Source: a virus
Lineage: Duplodnaviria; Caudoviricetes
Length of the DNA stretch: 44,837 bases
Reading direction: 5' to 3' (one strand)
Virus record (IMG/VR): IMGVR_UViG_3300025018_000230
Coordinates: 1-44,837 of that record
Positions 7,077 to 15,998 of the stretch are shown here, piece by piece; the first letter of the stretch is position 1; every line of letters starts with the position of its first letter. Below the pieces are notes generated by a model. The model worked only from the letters and a program-made list of their open reading frames with translations. It was not told the origin of the DNA and searched no databases. Both the position numbers and the translations under genes were made by a program.

Positions 7077-8344
7077 CCCCGTTTCTCCCACGCGCCACGA
7101 GCAATGTCGTAGAACTCTTTCATCTGCTCAATGCCCAGGACACGAGCGGCGCCAAGGTCCTCCGCAACCTTCAGCGCATTACCACTTCCGCAAGTCGGAT
7201 CAAGGACATGGCTGTAGTCATCGCATAACATGGACAGGAAATGCTTCAGCATTACGTAGGGCTTTTCGCTCACGTGGATTGCGTCAGCCCGCTTCCCTGG
7301 GAACGCGTAGCTATTCGCCTTCGTGCCAGCGGTGGTGATTTTTCGGTCACCTCGGACGCCGAAGAACGCCATTTCGTAGGTGTTGCGAGGGCCTCGCTGC
7401 GGATCAGGCGCGACACCAGCACCGTCCATCTTGTGCCAAATGAGCGGGTAGTCGGTTAGCTTCCAGCCCATGCGCTCGAGTTGCTGTCGCGTGTCGCAGT
7501 AGAACTTCGGGCTGAACCAGAAGATGAGGTGAGCGCTGTCCGCAATTACGTTGTCCATTGCCTGCGATAGTGCAGCAACCAGCGCCCAGTAAATGTCCGG
7601 GCTATCCTCGTAATGGTCTGCTATGCCCGCGCTCATACGAGGTGCGTCAGCCACGTTTATGCCGTAAGGAAAATCGCAGTGAATGAGGTTGAACTTTGAG
7701 CCGGTGTAGGCGGGCTGCCAGTCGAGAAAACTTTCGTTGATGAGGGGGATGAGCTTGGGTTGCGCTGGTGCGTCAGGAGCAATCATGCTGTCGATGGCGG
7801 TTGATACGGCCAGCTGTGCACTGGACTTTTTCCGTTCCCCATCCCGCTTGGTAATGTTGTGCGCGGTTGAGAATGTTTCGGCCTTGGCGACGGTCGGGCT
7901 GGTCATGGCCTTGGCGACCTGCAGGCGCTTTTCTACGTAGGACGGACTGACCCCGATGAAATTGGCGGTGTCAGTTGCGGACCATTCCGGTTCATTCCCC
8001 TGCTTCAACGCGTGAAGGCGGGCCACTGCTTCAACCTCATCTTGCCATGCGAGGTCGCTTCGCTTGACATTTTCCTCCAGCTCGATGCACTGCAACCCGT
8101 AATCGTCGAGGTCCTCTGCAAACTGCACGGATATGTTATCCCATCCGAGGGAAGTGCAAGCGGTGAGGCGACGCTCACCTGCGACAAGGACGCCTTCGCT
8201 GTCGATCACGATGGGGTGAATGAGGCCGAGACGAGCGATGCTATCGGCCAACTCCTCGATGCCCTTGAGCTCCTTGCGCTGACGGACATCGCGGTCAACT
8301 GTAATGGCGCGGATGGGGTAGGACTGGAAATTACCGCTGGTCAT
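7073..8344 (-). CDS. ParB-N (ParBc) domain fused to beta-class N6A/N4C DNA methyltransferase
   Basis: LADSIARLGLIHPIVI...AGERRL...EEN..R (ParB-N); DFPY motif IV, H..EKP and VLDPTCGSG motif I. Confidence 0.85.
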   Translation of the reverse strand: MTSGNFQSYPIRAITVDRDVRQRKELKGIEELADSIARLGLIHPIVIDSEGVLVAGERRLTACTSLGWDNISVQFAEDLDDYGLQCIELEENVKRSDLAWQDEVEAVARLHALKQGNEPEWSATDTANFIGVSPSYVEKRLQVAKAMTSPTVAKAETFSTAHNITKRDGERKKSSAQLAVSTAIDSMIAPDAPAQPKLIPLINESFLDWQPAYTGSKFNLIHCDFPYGINVADAPRMSAGIADHYEDSPDIYWALVAALSQAMDNVIADSAHLIFWFSPKFYCDTRQQLERMGWKLTDYPLIWHKMDGAGVAPDPQRGPRNTYEMAFFGVRGDRKITTAGTKANSYAFPGKRADAIHVSEKPYVMLKHFLSMLCDDYSHVLDPTCGSGNALKVAEDLGAARVLGIEQMKEFYDIARGAWEKRG

Positions 8345-8520
8345 TTAATGTTCTCCATATCTTCCTGCCGGACAGGCACGGCCATGACGCCGTTGCTTTT
8401 GAAGCGGGCGCAGGTGACGATTGCATCGGCTATTGAAAATTCTTTGGCCAGCGCTTGGTCCGTGCTGAACTGCGACGTGCGCGTGAGCCAGCCGTTCTTT
8501 GTGAATACGTATGCAAGCAT
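8341..8520 (-). CDS. Hypothetical protein
   Basis: 59 aa with GGAG SD; overlaps the next start codon. Confidence 0.6.
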   Translation of the reverse strand: MLAYVFTKNGWLTRTSQFSTDQALAKEFSIADAIVTCARFKSNGVMAVPVRQEDMENIK

Positions 8521-8577
8521 GAGGGGTCTCCGAAAATGGCGGCGCAGAAATAACACTGCGCCGCCCGTTTAACCTGG

Positions 8578-8745
8578 TTACTTTTCCTGGGTCCAAGCAT
8601 AGACTTCCTTGGCCAAGTTCAGATCTCCAGCACAAGCCTGAAAGATATTCAGCTTGAAATAGTAGTCGGGACCGGGCACTTCACATGACGCAACTGTATT
8701 ATAGACTTCATCTGGGTATTCAGTTGCTGGTTCAACATCATCCAT
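8578..8745 (-). CDS. Hypothetical protein (AT-rich)
   Basis: 55 aa with GAGGAG SD. Confidence 0.6.
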   Translation of the reverse strand: MDDVEPATEYPDEVYNTVASCEVPGPDYYFKLNIFQACAGDLNLAKEVYAWTQEK

Positions 8746-8768
8746 TGTAATTCTCCTCAAATAAATGG

Positions 8769-8794
8769 GGCAGGGGAGCTGAAGCCCCCCTACC
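8769..8794 (-). terminator. Stem-loop after SSB-like gene
   Basis: GGTAGGGGGGC-TTCA-GCTCCCCTGCC followed by a weak T tract (CCATTTATTT). Confidence 0.55.
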
Positions 8795-8798
8795 TTAT

Positions 8799-9254
8799 TC
8801 AGTCAGTTGGCGCGGTGCGTCCGATGTCGGCCTGGAAGTCACCTTCCGTCCGCTTGTCTTCACGCCATGCAACATCGCCAAGGAACTCCGCGCCCTTGCA
8901 GGCATTGAGTGCTTCGCGGATCGACATCTCGTCTTCGAGAACCTGGACATGGTTTTCCAGGAACTGGCGCAGGTTGTATTCGGTTTTCGCAAATTCAACT
9001 TCGTCGTTCTTGTTGAAGAGGAAAGACTTGCGCAGCCGGATGCCGGTGACTTCGCCCTTATAGTCATCGAGGTCCACGTTGTCCATAGCTTCAACCGCCT
9101 GGACGAGGATATTCAGTATATCCCAATCACCGGATGCGGCTTCGGAAAACTCAGGCACCTTAGTAATGGTGAAGCGATAGGTGCCCTGAGGCGGCAATGG
9201 CGGCTTTTCGATGTCGGCTGCTTTTTTATTAAGGATGCTTGAAAAATCAGGCAT
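8799..9254 (-). CDS. Putative single-stranded DNA-binding protein (DUF669-like)
   Basis: PPLPPQGTY.F.I motif, acidic composition, and position next to the AAA_24 ATPase. Confidence 0.6.
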   Translation of the reverse strand: MPDFSSILNKKAADIEKPPLPPQGTYRFTITKVPEFSEAASGDWDILNILVQAVEAMDNVDLDDYKGEVTGIRLRKSFLFNKNDEVEFAKTEYNLRQFLENHVQVLEDEMSIREALNACKGAEFLGDVAWREDKRTEGDFQADIGRTAPTD

Positions 9255-9301
9255 TGAGTATACTCCTGTAATGATGGTTCAGTTGGTGGAGGGTAGAACC
9301 G

Positions 9302-10075
9302 TTAACCCTTTGTTTCGCCTCGAAGCGCGGCAAAGATGCTTGCCATGCCGGTCTCGAGGGGAAATTCTGCTGCAATGTCGGGCACCGGGGTTTTGAGGTC
9401 CACGATGCCGGTCGGCATTGTCTTGATCTTGCGCTTGGTTTTCTCACCGCGGCCAGTTGTCTCGGACAGCAGCATGGTGTTGAAATAGCGCGGAAGGATT
9501 GGGCCGAGGGCTTTGCCCACAGCGTTTGCGTAGCCCTTGGTCACGCCCTGCTCAGACTCTTGGTAGTTGATGTGGCTGATAATGATGGCGTTCATACGAA
9601 AGCCTTCGCCGGTAAGCAGGGCAATGGCGTCCTCGACTGCACCCTGAGCCACGCCAAATATCTGCCGCTTGTCCTTCGCGGCCGGGTTGAGGTTGTTGGC
9701 CCAAGCGAAGGCGGCTCGGGCGAAGGCGGATAGGCTGTCGAGGACGAAGATGCAGTTGGAGTCATCGACCTCGGACCACTCAGTCATTACGTCCATTGCC
9801 TCGACGAAGGCTTTCGGTGTCCCGTCGATCTTCGGTCCGGTCTTGGTGCTTTTATACTTGTCGCGGATAGTTTCATATTCCACTTTGGATAGGTCGGCCC
9901 CTGCCTTGCGGGCGAAGGCTACGAAGCTGTCGAGGCCATTGTCCATGTCTAGGATGCGAAAGGTGTAACCTGCTTCGAGTAGCGAGACAAGGCTGCCAGT
10001 TTTACCGGATGAGCTATCGCCTATGTAGAGAAGCTTGGTGTATTTACTGCTTTGGTGTTGATCAGCGGTGGGCAT
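9302..10075 (-). CDS. AAA_24 / Sak4-like ATPase (recombination)
   Basis: KLLYIGDSSSGKTG Walker A, ILDMDNG, FVLDSLS Walker B, IIISH. Confidence 0.75.
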   Translation of the reverse strand: MPTADQHQSSKYTKLLYIGDSSSGKTGSLVSLLEAGYTFRILDMDNGLDSFVAFARKAGADLSKVEYETIRDKYKSTKTGPKIDGTPKAFVEAMDVMTEWSEVDDSNCIFVLDSLSAFARAAFAWANNLNPAAKDKRQIFGVAQGAVEDAIALLTGEGFRMNAIIISHINYQESEQGVTKGYANAVGKALGPILPRYFNTMLLSETTGRGEKTKRKIKTMPTGIVDLKTPVPDIAAEFPLETGMASIFAALRGETKG

Positions 10076-10229
10076 CTTTGGTCTCCAGTTGAAGGTAAAG
10101 GTAGGACTCGTTGCCAACGCGCTGGCGAATTGACTCGAGTATGCGGTGGTCCTTGGTGATGAGGGTTTTGATCTGCTTCTCCAGCGCAGCGTTGCCGGGA
10201 GCAATTCGGAGGGTTAATTCGCTACGCAT
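10062..10229 (-). CDS. Hypothetical protein
   Basis: 55-aa ORF packed in the operon. Confidence 0.5.
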   Translation of the reverse strand: MRSELTLRIAPGNAALEKQIKTLITKDHRILESIRQRVGNESYLYLQLETKDAHR

Positions 10230-10393
10230 TGGCTGCCTACCCTTTCTAGTGCGGCGGTCAAGCACTCCTCGACCATGCGCCCGATATCCTCAGGCGTTAG
10301 GTGCTCGGCGCTGCTACAGTCGATGCCAAGTTTAAGGGATGCACCCTCCCACTCAATCGTGACCCAGGCGCTGTCTTTGATTTCACTGTCCAT
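10214..10393 (-). CDS. Hypothetical protein (not in ORF track, 59 aa)
   Basis: MDSEIKDSAWVTIEWEG...QCVAN with AGGAG SD. Confidence 0.6.
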   Translation of the reverse strand: MDSEIKDSAWVTIEWEGASLKLGIDCSSAEHLTPEDIGRMVEECLTAALERVGSQCVAN

Positions 10394-10571
10394 GTGACTC
10401 TCCTTCAGTTGCTTCTAACAAGGAATAAAACAAGGCTGTAGTGGCGTTGTTTTCTTCCCACTTAGAATGTTTTTCTCCGTAGCGCAGCCAATACAATGGC
10501 CTATCGTTTGCTGCTGCGTCATACGCTATAGCCCATGTATCTCCAATAGGCAATAGTTTAATCTTTGGCAT
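10383..10571 (-). CDS. Hypothetical protein (AT-rich)
   Basis: 62 aa with AAGGA SD. Confidence 0.6.
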   Translation of the reverse strand: MPKIKLLPIGDTWAIAYDAAANDRPLYWLRYGEKHSKWEENNATTALFYSLLEATEGESHGQ

Positions 10572-10581
10572 ACGAAATTCC

Positions 10582-11580
10582 TTAGCGCGCTACCAGCGGG
10601 TCCCACCGCGGTTGCTTTTCAAAGTCTGCTTTTAGGAATTGTTCCCGCACAGCGGGGCCTCGGCTGCAGATGTGCCGGAACTGGCAGCCGCCATAGTTAC
10701 CGCAGCTGCTGGTGTTCTTCGGGAAATGCTTCTCGCGGGATGCGTGTTGCGCAGTGGTGATATGGAACATGGCGTCATCATACCACTCGTTAAGGGAACC
10801 CTCGTCGCGGTAAGTGAAGCCACGCTCGAACCGCGTGAAACCCACTGCGATTTGCGCTCCGTCGATCATGACTCCGGAGACAGGGATGCCGAACAGGGCC
10901 TTGCCCGCAAAGGTATATAGCGACATCTGAGTATCGGGGTTGAACTGGTTGAAGAAGCGGGCGGTTATGGTTGTGTCCGTGGTTTTCTGGTCCTGCACGT
11001 AAACCTTTCCGCCGAAGGTGACGAGGCGATCTATGTGGCCGGAAAGGATGATGCCGTTGTCTGCGTCTAGCTGGAAGCTGTGCTCCACAGCGGCCTTACC
11101 GTCGGATAGGACTACAGTTTCGCAAGTGTCGTCTGCGCCAAACTGATCTATATACCAGACGATAGTGCGGATGAGGTTCTCGCGGGTCTTGGTGTTGCGG
11201 TCGGCGAGCCAGGGCTGACCAGTGCCGGGAAGCGTTCCGTCTCCACCACAGTTTTCGCAAGTATGGGTAACACCTGCATCTGCAATAATTTCACCGTCTT
11301 CACAGTCGGGACATTCATCATACTCCCAAGTTTCCGTCATCGTCTCCGCGACAACTTCGCACAGCGCTTCCTCCGGCTCCATGCCGTTAGCAACGTAAGT
11401 GTGGTATGACGCCAACGCCGCTGCATACCAGCCGCCGAAGAGTAGGTGAACTGACTTGCGCCGTGGTTGCCAGCCCTCGATGTGCTTGTAGTAGTAATAG
11501 CGGAGACAGGTCTCGGCGGACTTAATGCTAGTGCTGTCCCAACCGAATTGGACGTCATCAGCGTCGAATGATTTAAGCAT
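10582..11580 (-). CDS. PD-(D/E)XK (RecB/Cas4-like) exonuclease with Fe-S-type cysteines
   Basis: N-terminal C, E...GHIDRL...QDQKTT, Q...Y, and C-terminal C-x5-C-x5-C. Confidence 0.85.
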   Translation of the reverse strand: MLKSFDADDVQFGWDSTSIKSAETCLRYYYYKHIEGWQPRRKSVHLLFGGWYAAALASYHTYVANGMEPEEALCEVVAETMTETWEYDECPDCEDGEIIADAGVTHTCENCGGDGTLPGTGQPWLADRNTKTRENLIRTIVWYIDQFGADDTCETVVLSDGKAAVEHSFQLDADNGIILSGHIDRLVTFGGKVYVQDQKTTDTTITARFFNQFNPDTQMSLYTFAGKALFGIPVSGVMIDGAQIAVGFTRFERGFTYRDEGSLNEWYDDAMFHITTAQHASREKHFPKNTSSCGNYGGCQFRHICSRGPAVREQFLKADFEKQPRWDPLVAR

Positions 11581-11591
11581 GATGGTGACTC

Positions 11592-11804
11592 CTAAATGTT
11601 TATCTTGACGTTGGATTTCTCCAGCTTCTCCATAAGCGCGTTGATCTGCTTCTGCTTCGCGGTCGGCGGCTTGGTGCTACCGGCGCGGGAGTTGCCGAGG
11701 TTAAATGCCTTACGGCTTTCGCGAAACTTCGCCACGATGGTTGCGATGTCTTGCTTGGACAGGTCCAAGGGATCGCGGGCGAAAAGTTCTGTGATGTCGG
11801 TCAT
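11592..11804 (-). CDS. Hypothetical protein, C-terminus SNVKINI
   Basis: 70 aa, coupled ORF. Confidence 0.75.
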   Translation of the reverse strand: MTDITELFARDPLDLSKQDIATIVAKFRESRKAFNLGNSRAGSTKPPTAKQKQINALMEKLEKSNVKINI

Positions 11805-11980
11805 AGGTTTATACTTACCTCCGGTGTGTTTGCGTCGCCCTCCAGGGCATCGACGTAGCGGCTGACAATTGTGCGGATCAGGTTGGACGCGGGAATGTCG
11901 GGGAAGAAATCTCGGAGTTTCTCCACGTCGCCGGAGCGCAGGTTGAGTGTGTGCTTTTGCAGGGCTTCAGTCTTGGCCAT
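11801..11980 (-). CDS. Putative ribbon-helix-helix DNA-binding protein, C-terminus EVSINL
   Basis: Beta-strand KHTLNL followed by two helices (SNLIRTIVSRYV); GGAGG SD. Confidence 0.55.
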   Translation of the reverse strand: MAKTEALQKHTLNLRSGDVEKLRDFFPDIPASNLIRTIVSRYVDALEGDANTPEVSINL

Positions 11981-12143
11981 CAGCGCCCTCCACAAACTCA
12001 AAAAATTCTTTCAGCGGTACGCGAAGTTCTTCGAGAACATATTCGACTTTATCCATTGCGGTTAAGTCAATAAGATGGTCATCAATCATGTACTGCTGAG
12101 CAGCCAAACGGTCTTTGACAAACTTTTCAAATGCTACTATCAT
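11967..12143 (-). CDS. Hypothetical protein (58 aa, not in track)
   Basis: MIVAFEKFVKDRL...GADGQD with AGGAG SD. Confidence 0.55.
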   Translation of the reverse strand: MIVAFEKFVKDRLAAQQYMIDDHLIDLTAMDKVEYVLEELRVPLKEFFEFVEGADGQD

Positions 12144-12345
12144 CGGTTTGCTCCTTGTTAATAATCCATAGGTCAGCCCCGTTCATCGGGCTAATGACGA
12201 AGGCCAGCTGCGTGAACTCCTCATCGTATTCACGGCGCAGGGCGTATAGCTTCTGCCGCAATGTCTCCGCGTTGGTTGTCTCCACGCAAATGCCAATGGA
12301 AGCGTTCTTCGCGGAGTAGAGGAGTTCGAGCAGCTGGGATTTCAT
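12127..12345 (-). CDS. Hypothetical protein
   Basis: 72 aa, ATGA-coupled. Confidence 0.7.
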   Translation of the reverse strand: MKSQLLELLYSAKNASIGICVETTNAETLRQKLYALRREYDEEFTQLAFVISPMNGADLWIINKEQTDDSSI

Positions 12346-12512
12346 AGGGCTGTAATCCTATCGCGGAGAATGAGAGCAGCTTTCGCCTCTTCTTCCGCCT
12401 GTTTTTGTGCTGCTGAAGATAAAGCTTTTACCGTCGCTTTTCCCCGCATAACGTTCGTATAAACTATTAAAGCTTTTTGCACGAGAATAATCTCATCAGC
12501 AGACAGTTTCAT
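12342..12512 (-). CDS. Hypothetical protein (56 aa, AT-rich, not in track)
   Basis: MKLSADEIILVQKAL...RITAL; ATGA overlaps at both ends. Confidence 0.6.
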   Translation of the reverse strand: MKLSADEIILVQKALIVYTNVMRGKATVKALSSAAQKQAEEEAKAALILRDRITAL

Positions 12513-12793
12513 AATTCGATCTCAAGGATCGGGCGCAGCGGTTTCTCAAAGCTGATGATAGTGGCGGTGGCTTCGCTGCCAGCGGACAGATGCGCGAAGA
12601 TAGGGCCGTTCATGTCCTTGGGAATGAAACCGATGTGGTGGCTGTCGATATAGACTGCGACTGCGGTGTTGTCGTATTCATTTTCAGGGTCGGCCTGCAG
12701 GTCGCAGATGGTTCCGATGGAGGCGGCGCGCAATGCGTCGCGGTCCTCGGACTCACGGAAACTGGCGCCGACAAGTGGGCAGGTGATCTTCAT
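12509..12793 (-). CDS. Stand-alone HIRAN domain protein
   Basis: LVGASFR...L.ADPENEYDNTAVAVY...HIGFIP HIRAN signature. Confidence 0.85.
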   Translation of the reverse strand: MKITCPLVGASFRESEDRDALRAASIGTICDLQADPENEYDNTAVAVYIDSHHIGFIPKDMNGPIFAHLSAGSEATATIISFEKPLRPILEIEL

Positions 12794-12815
12794 GGTGGTT
12801 CTCCTCGTGGGTGGT

Positions 12816-12853
12816 AAAATCCCCTGCCGCCGGAGTCACACAGCAGCAGGGGA
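12816..12853 (-). terminator. Intrinsic terminator
   Basis: TCCCCTGCTGCTG-loop-CGGCGGCAGGGGA followed by TTTT on the minus strand. Confidence 0.75.
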
Positions 12854-12879
12854 CCGAGCGATGGCCAGTCGGCCAGGCT

Positions 12880-13413
12880 CTAGACGGTGACGCTGCCCAA
12901 TGCTTCTTGCATTTTCTGGGCGCGGGAAGAGCGAGCTTCGACAGCTTCGCGGGCAGCTTCCATGACCTCGGGGATGGACGAGATGCGATCGACTTCGGTT
13001 TCGATCTTCTCGGCCCAATCTTCGTCGGACACGCCTTCGGGCGCAACGGTGAGCTTGCGGCCAGTTTCGGCGAGGTGGTTCTTGAGCAACTCGCGAGCCT
13101 GCTTCCGTGCTTCCTTCTCGACCGGGTCGAGTTTCGCGGAACCACGAGCGGCAGCAGCGGTGAACTCGTAGGCGGCATCGACCTCGGCAACGGCCTTGGT
13201 CAGCGCGTTCTCGAGCTTCTTCTCACCCCAGCCTTCAGCCTCGGCAGTCGCCTTGATTTCCTTCAGCGATGCGCGGACATTGTTGCCGATGTTCTCGGAC
13301 CGCGACTGGTTGAGGACGCGAGCTTCAATCTCGGTGATGGTGTGACCGGCTTCGTAAGGCTGCGAAACTTGGTAAGTGTCTCCGTCGATAACTTTGGATT
13401 TTGCTTCGGACAT
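12880..13413 (-). CDS. Helical Ala/Glu/Lys-rich protein (177 aa), monocistronic
   Basis: ATG at 13413 with AGGAG SD, own promoter and terminator. The track's longer start at 13806 is not supported. Confidence 0.85.
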   Translation of the reverse strand: MSEAKSKVIDGDTYQVSQPYEAGHTITEIEARVLNQSRSENIGNNVRASLKEIKATAEAEGWGEKKLENALTKAVAEVDAAYEFTAAAARGSAKLDPVEKEARKQARELLKNHLAETGRKLTVAPEGVSDEDWAEKIETEVDRISSIPEVMEAAREAVEARSSRAQKMQEALGSVTV

Positions 13414-13453
13414 TTGTAAACTCCTATTTGATTTTGGCGGATTGCCGGTTATG

Positions 13454-13482
13454 ACACTACGCGAAAATGCGCGGATTGTCAA
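13454..13482 (-). promoter_or_regulatory. Sigma70-type promoter
   Basis: TTGACA-N17-TAGTGT. Confidence 0.8.
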
Positions 13483-13550
13483 ATTGTTTTTCGAGGGGCG
13501 GGCCATATCGCCGATAGTGGCGGATGTATGGCTGTGTGCTGTGGCGGGTG

Positions 13551-15008
13551 TTATTCGCGGTATCCTTCCATGTTGATGTAGACCAGCCGTTTCTTGGCCC
13601 GCGTTATGATGACATACCTTACATTCGGGTCTTGCTGCTTGTCGCTGATGAGTTGTTGCTCCAGGAAATAGACTGTCTCGAACTCCAGCCCCTTGGACTT
13701 GTGGCCGGTGAGGAGCTTCAGCGGACTGTGTAGTTCCGCGAGGTGACGAGCGTAGTGTAGTGCATCGCCCAGGTTCGCGCCCTGCATTGCGAACAGTCGC
13801 ATACACTCGGCCTGGTCCATGAGCCTGCCGTGCGCCCGCTCCTTCGTCTTGTCTGTCTCTTTCGCAAGCCAGGCCTCGATGTTGTCAAGCACCGCTTGCT
13901 GCGTCATTGCGCTATCACCGAACTTGGACATTACCTTAGTGATTGTCTGCACAATGTCCTTGCCGCCGAGTTCTGCGGGTCGTCCTGCCTTTAGCAGCTT
14001 GATCGCGAGGGCGAACAGCGGGGCGTTGTTGCGACAAATGATTGCAGCGTCCTCGGCCAAGTTATCGGCACTCCAGATGTCCAGGTGCTCCACGCTACCC
14101 TCCTCAGCCCAATCAGGCGCTCGCATGAGCGGTGCGCGCCACTGCGCCTCCCGCACGATTGCGTTAGCGCAGCGGAAGCTGGTGGTTAGGGATAGCTCGG
14201 TCATGGAGAAGGCCTGTTTTATTAACTCCATGCCATCTTCATGCGCTCCACGGAAACCGTATATAGCTTGCCTTTGATCCCCCACGGCGATGAGCCTGCG
14301 CTTGCCCACAATCTTTCGTAGCATGGCATGGTTCAGGGCGGACAAATCCTGGGCCTCGTCCACGAGCGTCAGCTTATACAGCGGAAACGCGCCACCGAAG
14401 ATGGTCGGCATGAAAAGCTGATCATCGAAGTCGCACTTTCCCTTGAGCGCCAGCTTAATGCTGCGAATTGTGGCCTCGCGGACCACGGCTTGTTCCAGGC
14501 CGGAGAGCTCTTGCTCAATGTGCATGAAGAAGTTACTATCGTCCATGAGGGGCTTGGCGCGTTCCGCCCATTGGCCAGTCGGAACATAACCGCAGGCCTT
14601 GCCGAAGGAGACGACGCGCATGAGTTCCCCCATCTGCCGGTATAGGGCATCCTTGTCGCTGCGGGATTGTTCTTCAATCACCTCGCTCATGATGGTGAAA
14701 CCCTTTTTGAAGTTCACGTTGAGGTGGGTGCGACCAAGGGCCTGTGCCCATGTGCGGTAGCCTAGGCTGTTGAGCGTCATGGAGCGGCAATTGTCCGGTA
14801 GGCGCTCGGCCATCTCGACGGCAATTTTCTTGTTAAAAGCTAGGCATAAGATTTCCGTATTGGGTCGCTCGGCAAACAGGGCCTCGGCCAGGAGCACTAG
14901 CGTGCTGGTTTTGGCTGCACCGGCGAGGGCGCTGACGAGGAGATTGTCGTCGGTGGAAGTGGCGGCAGTTATGATGGAGCGTTGCTCCTCGGTGGGTGTG
15001 AAGGTCAT
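13551..15008 (-). CDS. Superfamily 1 (UvrD/Rep-like) helicase
   Basis: Q motif PTEEQ, ALAGAAKTST, LAFNK, LVDEAQD, VGDQRQAIYGFRG, SFRC, HKSKGLEF, YVIITRAK. Confidence 0.9.
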   Translation of the reverse strand: MTFTPTEEQRSIITAATSTDDNLLVSALAGAAKTSTLVLLAEALFAERPNTEILCLAFNKKIAVEMAERLPDNCRSMTLNSLGYRTWAQALGRTHLNVNFKKGFTIMSEVIEEQSRSDKDALYRQMGELMRVVSFGKACGYVPTGQWAERAKPLMDDSNFFMHIEQELSGLEQAVVREATIRSIKLALKGKCDFDDQLFMPTIFGGAFPLYKLTLVDEAQDLSALNHAMLRKIVGKRRLIAVGDQRQAIYGFRGAHEDGMELIKQAFSMTELSLTTSFRCANAIVREAQWRAPLMRAPDWAEEGSVEHLDIWSADNLAEDAAIICRNNAPLFALAIKLLKAGRPAELGGKDIVQTITKVMSKFGDSAMTQQAVLDNIEAWLAKETDKTKERAHGRLMDQAECMRLFAMQGANLGDALHYARHLAELHSPLKLLTGHKSKGLEFETVYFLEQQLISDKQQDPNVRYVIITRAKKRLVYINMEGYRE

Positions 15009-15526
15009 GCGAAGTTCTCCAGTACTTTTGTCAGTGTTTCCAACTCCGCCTTAACGAAGTCAAGGGTGCGGTATTTTGCCTCAGTATCGAAACGCCATAT
15101 GCCATCGGAAAAGCTATCGAAAACATTTCGAGGCGTAAGGTCGTTATAGTGGCTGCAGTCGAAGCCGAAATACCAGAGGCCGTCATCGGCAGGCCACTTG
15201 TCACCGGCATAGGTAATGCCTCCATGCACGTTTATCAACGCGGCCAAGGAAACCTGTCCGTCATCTTCATGCAGTGCTTCGCAGACCGTGGTCAATAGCG
15301 ATACCTTGTCGATTGTGACTGCGCCCCTGTCAGGCACCGGGATACGTTCGTCATATCCCTTGCCGAACAGCGGGTGAATTTCAGACACGCCTGCGTAACC
15401 GCACCAAGCCTTTGACCAGTTACGACGCGCCATGATTTTGAAACCGTTCATGGTGTCCTGGAAGTAATCCGGCTCCATCCAGAACTCTTTAATAGCTTCG
15501 TATTGAGGTGTTTCGTAGGGGTTCAT
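15005..15526 (-). CDS. Conserved-type phage hypothetical protein
   Basis: WCGYAGV...HP...VHGGITY...W.FGFDC.H motif common in phage early proteins. Confidence 0.75.
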   Translation of the reverse strand: MNPYETPQYEAIKEFWMEPDYFQDTMNGFKIMARRNWSKAWCGYAGVSEIHPLFGKGYDERIPVPDRGAVTIDKVSLLTTVCEALHEDDGQVSLAALINVHGGITYAGDKWPADDGLWYFGFDCSHYNDLTPRNVFDSFSDGIWRFDTEAKYRTLDFVKAELETLTKVLENFA

Positions 15527-15708
15527 GATTGTGACTCCAATATGTAAAAGGGTGCGTCTTGCTGTGACGCGGCGAAAGACATGAGGCGATGGGCTAGGTG
15601 CGTTGCTTGGTCAGCAGTTAGGGACCGCGTGTAGCGGCGGGTTCCCCTGTAGATGGTGAGGTCGATGCGGTCCTCCGACCGTTGGCGTATGCCGCAGATG
15701 TAGGTCAT
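15523..15708 (-). CDS. Hypothetical protein
   Basis: ATGA-coupled at both ends. Confidence 0.65.
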   Translation of the reverse strand: MTYICGIRQRSEDRIDLTIYRGTRRYTRSLTADQATHLAHRLMSFAASQQDAPFYILESQS

Positions 15709-15998
15709 AGTAGGTTCTCCTCGCGTTTATAGTCTGCAGCTTCATCGGCTTCACGCGCCTGTTCGTAGCTGAGATAGTTGAAAGCCTGTTCTGTTACATC
15801 AGCCTCCCAATAATCATTAGCCTTATTTAACTTATCATAAATCTTCTGGCTAATCTCTTTGCCTTTCGATCCATCACGGCACTGCCAATATAACGCGTCA
15901 ACACCACAGTCGTATTCGCCATGGTGATCAGGGCCGCTAGCCCATATCTCCGCGATGACTGGTAAGCCGCCTAGTATGGTAACAGGTGCTGTAAGCAT
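15705..15998 (-). CDS. Hypothetical protein
   Basis: 97 aa, coupled. Confidence 0.7.
   Translation of the reverse strand: MLTAPVTILGGLPVIAEIWASGPDHHGEYDCGVDALYWQCRDGSKGKEISQKIYDKLNKANDYWEADVTEQAFNYLSYEQAREADEAADYKREENLL

Noticed and set aside
7073-8344. Plasmid-prophage partition system
   Set aside because: ParB-N is fused to a methyltransferase, and no ParA, Rep initiator or repressor was recognised.
13414-13806. N-terminal extensions given by the ORF track (12880-13806; likewise 9302-10204, 22167-22817, 29426-29971)
   Set aside because: The extensions overlap other genes, promoters or terminators. Internal ATGs with good SD sequences or gene spacing fit better.
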